Shown: positions 1 to 12,336, counted from the stretch's first letter. The stretch: DNA of 64,000 bases from Raja brachyura (GCA_963514005.1 OY740785.1:103168001-103232000); one strand, 5' to 3'. Made by a program: numbers and translations. Notes: generated from the letters alone by a model not told the origin.

Positions 1-431
1 GTCTCGGAAGTCTGCAGACAATTCCTTTGTCTTCATGGCTTGGTTTTTGCACCAACATGCATTGTCAACTGTGGGGCCTTATACAGATAGGTGTGTGCCT
101 TTCCAGATCATGTCCAATCACTTTAATTTAACACTGGTGGACTCGAAACAAGTTGTAGAAATATCTCAACGATAATCAAAGTAAACAGGATGAACCAAAG
201 CTCAATTTTGAATGTCATAGCAAAGGGTCTGAATACTTCTGTCAATGTGATATTTCAGTACTTTATTTTTAATGACTTTGCAAAAATTTCTAAACACCTA
301 TTTTCGCCTTTTTATTATGGGGCATTATGTGTAGATTGATGTTGAAAAAAAAAAATCCATTTTAGAATAAGGCTGTAACGTAACAAAATGTGGAAAAAGT
401 GAAGGGGTCTGAATACTTCCTGAATGCACTG
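1..431 (-). mobile_element. Tc1/mariner DNA transposon, left end (IR/DR-type TIR), runs off the window start
   Basis: Ends ...gaatacttcctgaatgcactg followed by TA (432-433). Internal repeat of gggtctgaatactt. Reverse complement matches the 5' end of the Tc1 at 60193, including the transposase start (ATG at 36-34). Confidence 0.9.
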
Positions 432-615
432 TAGGTAGACAATCAGATCCTTTTCCCCAGGTTTGAAAGGTCATTTGATATGGATCATGTACAAGCATTT
501 GAGATCAGTTTAACTTGACATCGTGTTCGGCACGAACAATGTGGGCTGAAGGGCCCAATCCTGTGCTGTACTCTTCTATGTTCTATGTTCTACAACAATG
601 AACTACTGAAATAAA

Positions 616-1727
616 TCATAAGATCATAAGATCATGTGATAGGAGTAGAATTAGGCCATTCGGCTCATCAAGTCTACTCTGCTATTCAATTATGGCTGAT
701 CTACCTCTCACTCCTAACCCAATTCTCCTGCCTTATTCCCATAACCTCTGGCACCCATACTAATCATGAATCTATCTAACTCTGCCTTAAATATAATCCA
801 CTGACTTTGCCTCCACAGCGTTCTGTGGCAAAGAAATCCACAGATTCACCACCCTCTGAAATTCCTCCTTATCTCAATCCTAAAAGAATGTCCTTTAATT
901 CTGAGGCTGTGACCGCTAGTCCTAGATTCTCCAACTAGTGGAAACATCCTCTCCACATCCACTCTATCCACGGCTTTCACTATTATGTACTTTTCAATGA
1001 GGTCCCCCCTTGTTTTTCTAAATTCCAGCGAATATAGGCCCAGTGTCGTCATACACTCATCATATGTTAGCCTGCTCATTCCTGGGATCATTCTTGTAAA
1101 CCTCCTCTGTACCCTCTCCAGATTCAGTACATCCCGAGTCAGATTTGGTGCCAATAATTGCTCACAATATTCCAAATGCGGCCTGACCAGCGCCTGATGT
1201 AGCCTCAGCATTACATCCCTGTTTTTGTATACAAGCCCTCTCAAAATAGATGCTAGCATTGCATTTGCCTTCTTTACTACTGATTTGACTTGCAGATTAA
1301 CTTTTTGGGAATCCTGCACCAGTACCATATAACCATATAACCATATAACAATTACAGCACGGAAACAGGCCATCTCGGCCCTTCAAGTCCATGCCGAACA
1401 ACTTTTTTCCCTTAGTCCCACCATGAAAGACAAAATTTTAAAAACAAGGAAAATGTTTATACAAAGAAATACCCCCAAGTCCCTTTGCACCTTTGATTTC
1501 TGGATTCTCTCCCCCATTTAGAAAATAGTCTACCCCTTTATTCCTACTACCTAAATGCTTGACTCCACAATTTGCTGCACTATATTCCATCTGCCAGTTC
1601 TCTGCCCATTCGCCCAACCTATCCAAGTCCTTCAGCAGAGTCCCTGCTTTCTCTAGACTACCTGCCCTTCAACTATTTTCATATAATCCGCCACTTGGCC
1701 ACAAAGCCTTCAATCCTCTCATCCAAA
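616..1727 (-). mobile_element. CR1 LINE, 3' fragment (ORF2 C-terminus), interrupted at 1327-1468
   Basis: ORF 846..1373 contains LVRPHLEYC and LERVQRRFTRMIPG, typical CR1 ORF2 motifs. (cttatgat)n tail at ~616-635. Confidence 0.9.
1327..1423 (-). mobile_element. CR1-type 3' end of a second family, inserted in the CR1 above
   Basis: (ccatataa)n tail plus cagcacggaaacaggcc; nearly identical to 1810-1890. Confidence 0.75.
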
Positions 1728-1809
1728 GTGTAACCCAACTTAAAAATAAGATACATATGGTAAGATACATTACTGGACTACAGTAATTTGTTTATTTTGT
1801 AAGGCACCA

Positions 1810-1973
1810 ATATAACCATATAACCATATAACAATTACAGCACGGAAACAGGCCTTCTCGGCCCTTCCTGTCCGTGCCGACCATTTATTTTCCCCTAGTC
1901 CCATCTACCTGCACTTAGACCATAACCCTCCATTCCCTTCCCGTCCATATACCTATCCACTTTACTTTTAAAT
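1810..1973 (-). mobile_element. CR1-type 3' end (same family as 1327-1423)
   Basis: (ccatataa)n tail and CR1-like 3' UTR. Confidence 0.75.
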
Positions 1974-2944
1974 ATAAATATAAATTAGCCCATTTTCATA
2001 TCCATGTTGTATAATTCATTTTTAAATGTTATTGTCAAGATATGAGCATTGATGTCAGGTTAAAAATTATTGCCAATCAATGATTATCCCTGACGTAATT
2101 TTATGGGGAAACAAGTGGAACTTGATACAATAATTTGGTTCTACTGCCTTATCTGCTGAGCTACATTGGAGTGTAACTAAGCTTCTAGAGTCAGATGTGG
2201 TCCAAACCAAACATGGGAGTGAATTTCTATCCCTGCCCCATTATTTTGGGCCAGTCGTCCATTCTTACTATGACAAACAGGTTACTTCTTTCAACTTCGA
2301 GTAGGAGTGAACGGGTCCTTTTCAGAATGGCAAACAGTGGCGAGTGGAGTGCCGCAACGATCGGTGTTGGGGCCGCAACTGTTTACCATATATATTAATG
2401 ATATTGAAGAGGGAATAAAGAGCAACATTAGCAAGTTTGCGGATGACACAAAGCTGGGTGGCAGTGTGAACTGTGAAGTGGATGTTAGTTGGTTGCAGGG
2501 TGACCTGGACAGGTTGAGTGAGTGGGCAGATGCGTGGCAGATACAGTATAATATAGATAAATATGAGGTTAACCACTTTGGCGGCAAAAACAAGGGGGCA
2601 GATTATTATTGCAATGGGGTTAGGTTAGGTAAGGGGGAGATGCAGCGAGACCTGGGCATCTTTGTACACTGGTCACTGAAAGTTGGCTTACAGGTACAGC
2701 GGGCAGTGAAGAAAGCTAATGGAATGTTGGCCTTCATAACAAGAGGATTTCAGTATAGGAGTAAAGAGGTTCTTCTGCAGTTGTATAGGGCTCTGGTGAG
2801 ACCACATCTGGAGTATTGTGTACAGTTTTGGTCTCCTAATTTGAGGAAGAACATCCTTGTGATTAAGGCAGTGCAGCGTAGGTTCACAAGATTGATCCCT
2901 GGGATGTCAGGACTGTCATATGAGGAAAGATTGAAAAGACGAGG

Positions 2945-3034
2945 GTTACACAAAAAGCTGGAGAAACTCAGCGGGTGCAGCAGCATCTAAGGAGCGAAGG
3001 AGATAGGCGACATTTCGGGTAGAGACCCTTCTTC
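2945..3034 (-). mobile_element. Short Penelope-derived insert with a damaged hammerhead ribozyme motif
   Basis: Near-identical to 27901-27993 and 46752-46841. Imperfect 17-bp TSD agattgaaaagacgagg / agactaaaaagactagg. Confidence 0.8.
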
Positions 3035-3037
3035 CTC

Positions 3038-3288
3038 TTTTTCAAGTCAAGTCAATTTTATTTCTATAGCACATTTAAAAACAACTCTCATTGACCAAAG
3101 TGCTTTACATTAGTGCAGGTACTAACGTGCTACAAACAGTGGTACATAGATCAACAATACATACATAAATACATACATACAGCGCTCCCTCAGAAGACAT
3201 CAAGAAAGGCTTGTGAGTAGAAATAAGTTTTAAGTCTAGACTTAAGAGTTGATGGAGGGGGCAGTTCTGATGGGAAGTGGTATGCTGT
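3038..3288 (-). mobile_element. L2 LINE 3' end
   Basis: (aagtc)n tail followed by ttttatttctatagcacattt...ccaaagtgctttac, the typical reverse-complemented fish L2 3' UTR. Confidence 0.7.
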
Positions 3289-3485
3289 GAAGACTAAAAA
3301 GACTAGGCTTGTATTCACTGGAGTTTAGAAGGATGAGGGGAAGATCTTATAGAAACATATAAAATTATAAAAGGACTGGACAAGCTAGATGCAGGAAAAA
3401 TGTTCCCAATGTTGAGCGAGTCGAGAACCAGGAGCCACAAGCTTATAATAAAGGGGAGGTCATTTAAGACTGAGGTGAGAAATAA

Positions 3486-3959
3486 AGGGCCTGTCCCACT
3501 AGCGCGCGATTAGACGCGACAAGCGCGACCTACTGTGGTCGCTTTAGTCGCCCGGCCTCGCGTGACCCTGTCCCACTGCGATCGCCGGAGTCTCGTCGAG
3601 TTGTGTGTAGCTGGTGTCGACATCGCGCGTAGTGTCCAAAAACCGACACTGCTTAAAAAATTACGCGCGGCAAAATCCTGTCGCGCAGAACGTGATTAAC
3701 GTGATGACGTTTTGACGTTGTGCGTCTTCAGCGTGGCGTTGCGTGATGACGTCACTGCCCGACGTCGTGCAACGCGCATGCTCATGCGCATCGTCACGTG
3801 ATGAAAAATAACGTCCTTCCTTCGGACGTCGCGCGTGTAATCGCGCGCTAGTGGGACAGGCCCTTCACTCGCACCGGGATCGCCTGACCCCCACGCGACC
3901 CCCGCGTCCGAATTTGTCGCGCTTGTCGCGTCTAATCGCGCGCTAGTGGGACAGGCCCT
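3486..3959. mobile_element. PIF/Harbinger-type MITE, CpG-rich
   Basis: ~40-bp TIRs beginning agggcctgtcccactagcgcgcgattag; TAA TSD (3483-3485, 3960-3962). Interrupts the CR1. Confidence 0.9.
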
Positions 3960-4432
3960 TAACATTTTCACCCAGAGAGTTGTGAATTTTTGGAATTCCC
4001 TGCCCCAGAAGGCAGTGGAGGCCAAGTCACTGGATGGATTTAAGAGAGAGTTAGATAGAGCTCTAGGGGCTAGTAGAGTCAAGGGATATGGGGAGAAGGC
4101 AGGCACGGGTTATAGCGGATGATCTACCATGATCACAATGAATGGTTCGAAGGGTGGAATGGCCTCTTCCTGCACTTATTTTCTATGTTTCTATTTTCTA
4201 TGTTTCTAAGTTACTTATACCAAAGCATTTTACTGAAGGTTTGCATCTGATTTTTAAATTTGAAAAGCAACTAAAATGCTAGGGTTGAGATTATTAATAT
4301 ATGTCTCGAGATTACTAAAACTAATGCAAACAATTCACAATGAATACAGCTTCTGGTGGTTAAACCTCATGAGATGTTATCTATTGAAATATTACTTCTT
4401 TTTCACTCCATGTACTGCCCAGGCTGCTGAGT

Positions 4433-4728
4433 TTTAATTTAGTTTAGAAATACAGCATGAAAACAGACGCACTGAGTTCATGCAGATCATCAATCACTTG
4501 TACACTATGTTATCCTACTTTTATATCCTACACACTAGGGGCAATCTACAGGAGCCAATTAATATACACACTTGTACGTTTTTGGAGTGTGGGAGGAAAC
4601 TGAGGCACCCGGAGAAAACCCATATGGTCACAGGGAGACCATACAAACACCACACAGAAAGTACCCGTAGTCAGAATCGAACCTGGGTATCTGGTCTTGT
4701 GAGGCAGCAAATCTACCTCTGCGCCACT
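4433..4728 (-). mobile_element. tRNA-derived V-SINE (HE1-like)
   Basis: tRNA-like head (gtggcgcag...ggttcgattc), V-domain core (ctccgggtgcctcagtttcctcccac) and (ctaaa)n tail. Confidence 0.85.
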
Positions 4729-4844
4729 TTGTGAATTACTAATTAGCAACAACACAATGATGCTGCCAAACCTCAGAATAGTTACCTATTGATATTTGTG
4801 ACACTTTTGGGCTGTGCACAAAGGTACTGCCAGACCAAGGTTAA

Positions 4845-5350
4845 AGGGCCTGAACCACCAGCATACAACTCTATGTGATGAGCGGTCGTGGTCGCTTGAG
4901 CCGTCCGGCGTCATGGGGCCCTGAAAAACTGACCATGTTCAAAAATTCAGCATGGCAACGGCTTGTCGGCTCGCAGTCGCCTCGACGCATTACACACCGC
5001 CTCAACGTCGTGCCTCCGTGACCCTCTCTGTAGGTGCCTCCGTGACCCTCTCTGTGTGTCGCTCCGTGGCCCTCTCTGTGTGTGCCTCTATGCCCCTCTG
5101 TGTGTGCCCCTCTCTGTCCTGGCGAACTTACCTTTAAGACTTCGCTCCAAGTTCGCCTCACTTTGCGCTGCGTTGCGTCACTCACCCGACCTCCGCGCGG
5201 CCCTCGCTGCCGGTTTGGTCGCGCTTGCCGCATGCAGGCGCATGCTGATGGGAACGGCCCTGTACAGGGATCACCCGACCTTCGCGCGGCCCCCGCTTCT
5301 AGTTTGATCGCGCTCATCGCATGGAGTCGGATGCTGGTAGGACAGGCCCT
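4845..5350. mobile_element. PIF/Harbinger-type MITE with internal ~24-bp tandem repeats
   Basis: TIRs agggcctg...ccagcat / atgctggtaggacaggccct; TAA TSD. Repeat unit gtgcctccgtgaccctctctgt at ~5010-5116. Confidence 0.88.
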
Positions 5351-5775
5351 TAAGCCTCTATCTAAACATCTATGTAAAACTAAGCTAGGATAAGCCTTTT
5401 ATCTGAATACCACATTGCATGCTCTGCAGGCATCCCAAAGTAATAAATTACAAAAATGTTATACAACATTGTATTTATAAATAATCGGCACCTAGTGACA
5501 TAACCTTTGTTTCTGATAATCTCTTTCAGCCACTTCATCATTGAATTCATTGCAAAAAAACTCTGAAATAAATTCCCTTGTTCCTCTTAAGTTATTTCTC
5601 CAGTCACTGTTGAAATGCATTTGCTCATTCTATACATTTTCCAATTTGTTTTTGCTTGTCACAGAAATCCCTGTGCGAGTTTGGCACTGTTCTGTTATTT
5701 GCGGTCTTGCTACAGAAAGTAAACAAAGAAAAAAAATTACACGGATCTTGCCAGATATTACTTTTGTTTCTGAAT

Positions 5776-5998
5776 CCTAGCTACGGGTGTTGTTTATACG
5801 GAGTTTGTATGTCCTCCCTGTGACCGCGTGGGTTTTCTCTGAGAACTTCGGTTTCCTCCCACACTCCAAAAACGTACAGGTATAAAAGTAAATTGCCCCT
5901 AGTGTGTGTAGGATAGAGTTAATTTGCAGGGATCGCTGGTTGGTGTGGACTCAGTAGGCTGAAGGGCCTGTTTCCGCGCTATTTCTCTAAACTAAACT
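5776..5998 (+). mobile_element. V-SINE, 5'-truncated
   Basis: V-domain ggtttcctcccacactccaaa and (ctaaa)n tail. Confidence 0.85.
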
Positions 5999-6563
5999 AT
6001 GTTCTTGTGGTACGTGTTACTTCCTAATTCACAGATATCTTATTTTCCATTAAATTCCTTTACGAGGGATGGGAGCGGATATTATGGGACACAAATTGTG
6101 TGTGGAAAAGGTGGGCTGAATGATTATTTTCCTGTGCTCGACTCTGTCACTTCCACATCATGAATTGCATGCTGATCGGAGCCCATTCAAAATAAATCAT
6201 TTGACCTTCAAAATTGCCCCCTTTGCCTTTCTGAAAATACAGAAGGCCAGAGGTTCCTGTTGGAGATATTGAAAAATGCATTTATCCATATTGCTTTCCT
6301 CTGCCATCGCAGTGCAAGGATTTACCCACTTGTTTTAAATGGATTCAGCCTTTGCTAAAATGTCAGGCATGGCAAAACTTAGCATTCATCCAAAATTATG
6401 ACATCCGTGCTTTAGCCTATCAAAACCTTGCAGCTTAACTGGGTCTTCATGACATTATTGTTGTCTGAAATCATTATACATTTTATTTCTCAGGCAGTGC
6501 CCAATTTCAAATGAGGTAAAAACATTTTTTTTAAAACACACTAAAAATAACAAAAGAAAAACA

Positions 6564-7158
6564 GGAGCCCTGGTGCAGGATTCCCAAAAACATAATCTGC
6601 AAGTTGAATTGGTAGTAAAGAAAGCAAACCCAATGCTAGCATTTATTTCAAGAGGGCTTGTAGACAAAAACAGGGATGTAGTGCTGAGTCTATGTAAGGT
6701 GCTGGTAAGGCCACATTTGGAATATTGTGAGTAATTCTGGGCACCGTATCATGAGGACCTCATTGAAATATCTGGAATAGTGAAAGGCTTGGATGGAGTG
6801 GATGTGGAGAGGATGTTTCCACAAGTGGGAGAGTCTTGGACTAGAGATCATAGACTGAGAATTAAAGGACATTATTTTAGAAAGGAGATGAGGAGAAATG
6901 TATTTAGTCAGAGGGTGGTGAATATGTAGAATTCTTTGCCACGGAAGGCTATAGAGGCGAAATCAGTGGATAACTTTTAAGGCAAAGATAGATAGATATT
7001 TGATTAGTACGGGTATCAGAGGTTATAGGGAGAAGGCAAGAGAATGGGGTTAGGAGGGAGAGATACATCAGTCATGATTGATTGGCGGAGTAGACTTGAT
7101 GAGCCAAATGGCTTAATTCTACTCCTATGACTTATGACCTTATGGCCTTATGACCTCA
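6564..7158 (+). mobile_element. CR1 LINE 3' fragment with an internal deletion
   Basis: Homologous to 616-1322 on the opposite strand; (ccttatga)n tail. Confidence 0.85.
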
Positions 7159-9224
7159 TACCGTTTCACTGGCCCTACCCCCATCCCCGAAACACCTGGA
7201 CAAGAGAGACACCTACTTCAGACTTCTATTCATAAACTTCTGTTCCAGCTCTGTAGAAAGAAGCCTTAACCATCTCCCTGGAGCAATAGTGCACTCTACA
7301 TTACACTTCGGTGAAAATAGGATCTCCATTTCTCCAGGGATAGAAGAAGCAAACCATCTTAAAGCAAAGGGAGATGATGAGCAATGTGGTGAAATGTTAT
7401 CTTGGCTCATGGGAAATATGGACATTAACTGCAGTAGAGTGCTTATTTCTGCTCCTAGTTCTTATGTTTATTTGAATGGTTAAAGCAAGCGAGCAAATCC
7501 AAATTGATTTGATCTGCGTCCCAGCAAACTTTAGCTCACAACGACAACCGAGAGAAGATGAAAACAGGGAAGCCAAGGTTCCTGAGAAGCCAATGTAACA
7601 GAATTCTAATAGGGATATGAACTTGTGTACAATCTATTCAGCAATGCAAGAGTTATTAACTTTGAACAGTGGCATACTCTGTTAAGTTTTTAAATGGCAT
7701 AAAAAAAAGCCTCATTTAGCAGAAACTCTGACAATCTTTTTCAACACAAATTGATTGTGATCAATGTAATGTGCAGGGAGTTTTTTCTCTGTTTAAGGAT
7801 GCCGTTTTTCACCGGCTCTGCATGTGAAAATTAGTGAATGTTTAACTAAGGCTAATTGTTAGGCATATCCCTGCCTCTGACTTTTCAAATCAGTTATGGA
7901 AAATCATGACTATTACCGAACAAATGGCCCTGGCGGTTTATTGCCGAAAAGAGACCAATGTATGAACAGATGTCCATTCTACAGATGTGTTGATGCATAA
8001 ATCTCAGGCAACCAAAGAATTGTGTTTCATGAACAATGAATAACATGCCAGGGCGTTGTGGCCAAATAAAGAAAGACATTGGTTGTAAAATGGTCCAGTG
8101 ATTGATTCAGCAATGACCGAAGACTGATCGCATATCGTTGAAATAATATATTAAATTATGCACGAGTTACAACCTTAGATAGAAATTTTCTTTCACATCT
8201 CAGATGCAACTCTTCACGTTGGTAAAACATGTTATAATAGCTGAACATGCACCATATCATAAGATATTGTGCAGCAGTTAAAAATCAATATTGACACACC
8301 AGGGGATGCTGGAGGAGGCAATGTAAGATAATGGATGGCAATTTGCAGCTCCAGACTTCAACACATTTACAAAGCTTATGGATTTGCTCACATTATCAGC
8401 AACCTCAGGGATCCATGTGTGAAAGGGTAGGAGTACTCGAGATCCATGTTCAATCTGCAGCAATATGCCTTACAAGCAGAGGGCAAAGAGGAATCTGTAG
8501 TGGAGCAGGTTTCAACAATGAAACATCAAGAATGAGGCAAGGAGGAAAAATGAACATCATCAGAGTTGAGGCCAAGGGGGCTGTGGGTTGGTGTGGCAGG
8601 ACATGGAGATGATCGTATGGTTCATGATTAATTCAGCCTTCAACCAAAGGAAATCTCCAATGCAGGATGGGATATTAATATTTTATAAAGAAGAGTATTT
8701 TTTGTTTAAACAACTAAAATGATTCAGAAAGCCCTACTGGCAGAACAAAACAAGAATCTAATCCATCACTCAAATCTGACATCAGTAAATTCATGGCAAG
8801 AGATGTCCAGGTTTTAATTTAATCGCTGGCTTTGACCTTTTAACCAAATGGTTGACTCTGTGCTGTAAATCCTATCTTTAACTGTCAACACTCTGACCAG
8901 GCAGAGTTAAATTGAAGATGTAACATTAGAATCTGAGATCAATTCACAGCTGAATATCTACAGTTAGGATAAAAAAGGAGGGCTTCTTGAAATCACAGAA
9001 TCAGGTACTACTCCTGTGCAAGATGTCTAGTAAATTTTGAGTACTATTAAATACATTTTGATTGCATTTCCAAATGTCATAGCTTTGATTTAAAGTTTGT
9101 GTCTTCTTCAAGATTTGCAGACTGGAGAAAATCATTCTTCTGCACCTACTATGTGAAAGTCTGTTATACTTCTTAGAGCAACATTCTTTTACTCTCAACC
9201 TGACAGACAGGTTTGAAAGAGTAC

Positions 9225-9818
9225 AGGGCCTGTCCTACAAGCATGCAACTCTATGCAATTAGCGTGACCTAACGTGGTCGCTTGAGCCATCCGGCGTCGC
9301 GGGGCCGGTCCCACTTCGATCACCGGAGCAGTGCGGAATTGTGTGGAGTTCGTCCCGAGTTCGTCCCGACACCGCACGGGGCTCCGAAAAACTGACTATG
9401 TCCAAAAATTCCGCGCGGCAACGGCTTGTCGGCTCGCAGTCGCCTCAACGCATTACATACCCCCCCGAAATCGTGCCTCCGTGAACCTATCTGTAGGTGC
9501 CTCCATGGCCCTCTGTGTGTGTGTGGCTCCGTGGCCCTGTGTGTGTGTGTGTGCCTCTGTGCCCCTCTCTGTGTGCTCCTCTCTGTCCTGGTGAACTTAC
9601 CTTAGACTTCGCTCCAAGTTCGCCTCACTTTGCACCGCGTTGCGCCACTCACCCGACCTCCGCGCGGCCCCTACTGCCGGTTTGGTTGCGCTTGCTGCAT
9701 GCAGGCGCATGCTGGTGGGAACGACCCTGTACAGGGGATCACCCGACCTCCGTGCGGCCGCCGCTTCTAGTTTGATCGCGTTCATCGCATAGAGTTGCAT
9801 GCTTGTAGGACAGGCCCT
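9225..9818. mobile_element. PIF/Harbinger-type MITE (same family as 4845-5350)
   Basis: TIRs agggcctgtcctacaagcatgcaactctatgc and its complement; 3-bp TSD TAC on both sides. Confidence 0.9.
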
Positions 9819-9889
9819 TACCTAGCCCATTCGGACCAGATTGAAGTAAACGGTACGAACAATCACTTCTGTCTGCCACAGGCAATACG

Positions 9890-10257
9890 TGGGGACGGGG
9901 TGGTTTGGGTGGGAAGGGGCAAATTGACCAGGGATTTACGGAGGGAACAGTCTCTGCGGAAAGCAGAAAGGGGAGGAGATGAGAAGATGTGGCCAGTAGT
10001 GGGATCCCGTTGGAGGTGACGAAAATGTCAGAGGAAAATATGTTGTATGCAACGGCTGATGAGGTGGAAGGTGAGGACAAGTGGGACAAGTGGGACTCTG
10101 TCCTTGTTACGAATAAGGGGAAGGGGGAGTAAGAGCGGAGCTGCGGGATATAGACGAGACCCTGGTGAGAGCCTCATCTATAATTGAAGGGGGGACTCCA
10201 ATACTAGCGCATCGGAGATGTCCTCATTCTTTAGGGAATGGGGGTTCCCCTCTTCCT
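9890..10257 (-). mobile_element. Penelope-like element, internal fragment with an inverted 5' piece
   Basis: Minus strand translates to IIDEALTRVS...HFRHLQRDPTTGHIFSSPPLSAFRRDCSLRKSLV. 10199-10257 encodes the upstream SEMSSFFREWGFP on the plus strand. Confidence 0.8.
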
Positions 10258-11421
10258 GCTGTAGACAAGAGGCTATGGGACCAGCAAGCAGGATTCCAGA
10301 AGGATCGCTCATGCACAGAGCACATAGCAACATTACGCATCATCATTGAGCAGTCTATTGAATGGAACATGTCCCTCTACATCAACTTTGAGAAAACGTT
10401 TGACAGCTTAGACAGGACAACACTATGGCGCCAAATGGACCACTATGGAATCCCCAACAAGATCATAAACTTAATCAAGAACTCATATGATGGAACTTCA
10501 TGCAAAGCTATGCAGGCAGGCCAGCTCTCTCAGAACTTTAGTGTCAGAACGGGGGCGTCAAGCAGGGATGTCTATTGTCACCATTCCTGTTCCTCCTGGC
10601 AATTGACTGGATCATGATGGAAACAACAGAAGGGAAAATAAATAGAATTCAGTGGACAATGTGGGAGCAGCTAGATGATCCTGACTTTGGAGATGACATA
10701 GCTCTCCTTTCACACACACAGATACAAATGCAGGAGAAGATGGACGGACTTTCACAGCTGTAACAAAACTTGGTCTTACACACAATACAGCAAAGACACA
10801 GGTGATGAGGATCCACTCCAAAACCAGCAACCCTGTGCTTATGCACTGCACTGCTCTCGAGGAGGTAGACACATACCTCGGCAGTGTTGTGGACATCACC
10901 GGAGGGGCAGAGACAGGCTTAAGAAGTAGAATCAATAAGGCTAGGGTGGTGTTTAACATGCTCAGGAAGATCTGGAGCTCAAAACACACCTCAATCAACA
11001 CCAAAATATGCATCTTTAACACAAATGTGAAACAGGTGATGCTGTATGGATCAGAGACATGGAAAACAACAAAACACACTACAAACAGGCTGTAAACATT
11101 CATTAACACCTGCCTTGGGAGAATACTTAACAGCTGGTGGTGAGACAAAGTAAGCGATTTGGACCTGTGGAAAAGAACAAGCCAGGAGGCCATTGACTTA
11201 CAAATTCGAAGGAGAAAATGGAGCTGGATTGGACACACCCTCAGGAAACCTGCCACAAACATCACCCGGCAAGCCCTGAAATGGAACCCCCAAGGAAAAG
11301 GGAAAATAGGTCACCACAGGAACAGCTGGAGAAGAGGTGTCCAGACAGAAATGTCTGAGAGTGGGCTCAACTTGGTAGTTCTTGACAGTTGGGAGTTGTT
11401 GGCAGTTCAAAGAAGAAGAAG
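10258..11421 (+). mobile_element. RTE-clade LINE (SR2/Perere-3-like), 5'-truncated and frameshifted
   Basis: QQAGFQKDRSCTEHIATLRIIIEQS, degenerate FGDD (YADD-box), MLYGSETW, RRRKWSWIGHTLRK..ITRQALKWNPQG; (gaa)n tail. Confidence 0.88.
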
Positions 11422-11530
11422 GTATGAACATTGACCTCTCTAATTTTAAATAGACCTTGCTTTTTCCCTCCTTCCCCTCCCCCTTCCCATTTCTCCCACA
11501 AGTCCTACTGTCTCCGCATACTTCCTTTCT
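11422..11530 (+). mobile_element. Penelope ORF C-terminus / 3' UTR fragment
   Basis: Encodes GMNIDLSNFK* followed by a pyrimidine-rich UTR. Confidence 0.6.
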
Positions 11531-12336
11531 TTTGGTGGGGTAGAAGATGGGGTAGAAGATTGGCTGGGTTGCAGGATGAGAAGAGTAGGCATAAATGGTT
11601 GGCGAGTTGCAGCAACTGTTCTGCCACAGGGGTCAGTACTGAGGCTTTAACTTTTCACAAATTATATAAAACACTTGGATGAAGATGTGGAAAGTATGGT
11701 TGCTAAATATGCTGATGGAACAAAGTGAGTTAAGAAAGCAAGTACAGGCACTCCCTGTATAATGGCAATTCAGGTAATCAAAATTCACCCTGCTTGATGG
11801 TTGACAAGGACATGATGGGCTGAAAGGCCTTTACTACGCTGCATGGCATTTGGACTATTGTATACAGTATTGGCCTCCTTACCTAAAGACGGATATATAT
11901 GCATTAGCAGTTTAATTGAAAATTATGACACCAATAATGGTTTGAGAGGGTTGTCTTACAAGAAAAAGTTAGACAGGGCTAGACTTGTATACGTTGGTGT
12001 TAAGGACATTAAGAGGGAACATTAAAAAGATTTGGAAGTCTTTGAAACTCTCTCCCACAAAAGGCAGAAGAATCAGAGCCTCGAAATATTGTAAGGCAAA
12101 GGTAAATAGATTCTTGATAAGCACGCGGGTGAAAAGTTACTGCAGGTAGCTTGGAATGCAGAATGGAGGATACGGAAGAATGTTAAATGGCAGGATAGGT
12201 CTGAATGTCCAATTGTCCTACTCCTGCATCTACTGTGTGCACATATCTTAGTTTAGTTCAGAGATACAGCGTGGAAACAGGCCCTTTGGCCCATCGAGTC
12301 CCTGCGACCAATGATCACCCGTACACTAGTTCTATC

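Larger units (their letters stand above)
2299..4208 (+). mobile_element. CR1 LINE RT fragment carrying nested Penelope, L2 and MITE insertions
   Basis: ORF 2307..2990 has SGVPQRSVLGP, KFADDTKL and LVRPHLEYC. CR1 resumes at ~3291 and ~3963. (ttctatgt)n tail. Confidence 0.92.

Noticed and set aside
4963-5393. 24-bp repeats as a CRISPR array or a repeat-protein ORF
   Set aside because: The repeats are contiguous without spacers, lie inside a MITE, and there are no cas genes; the context is eukaryotic.
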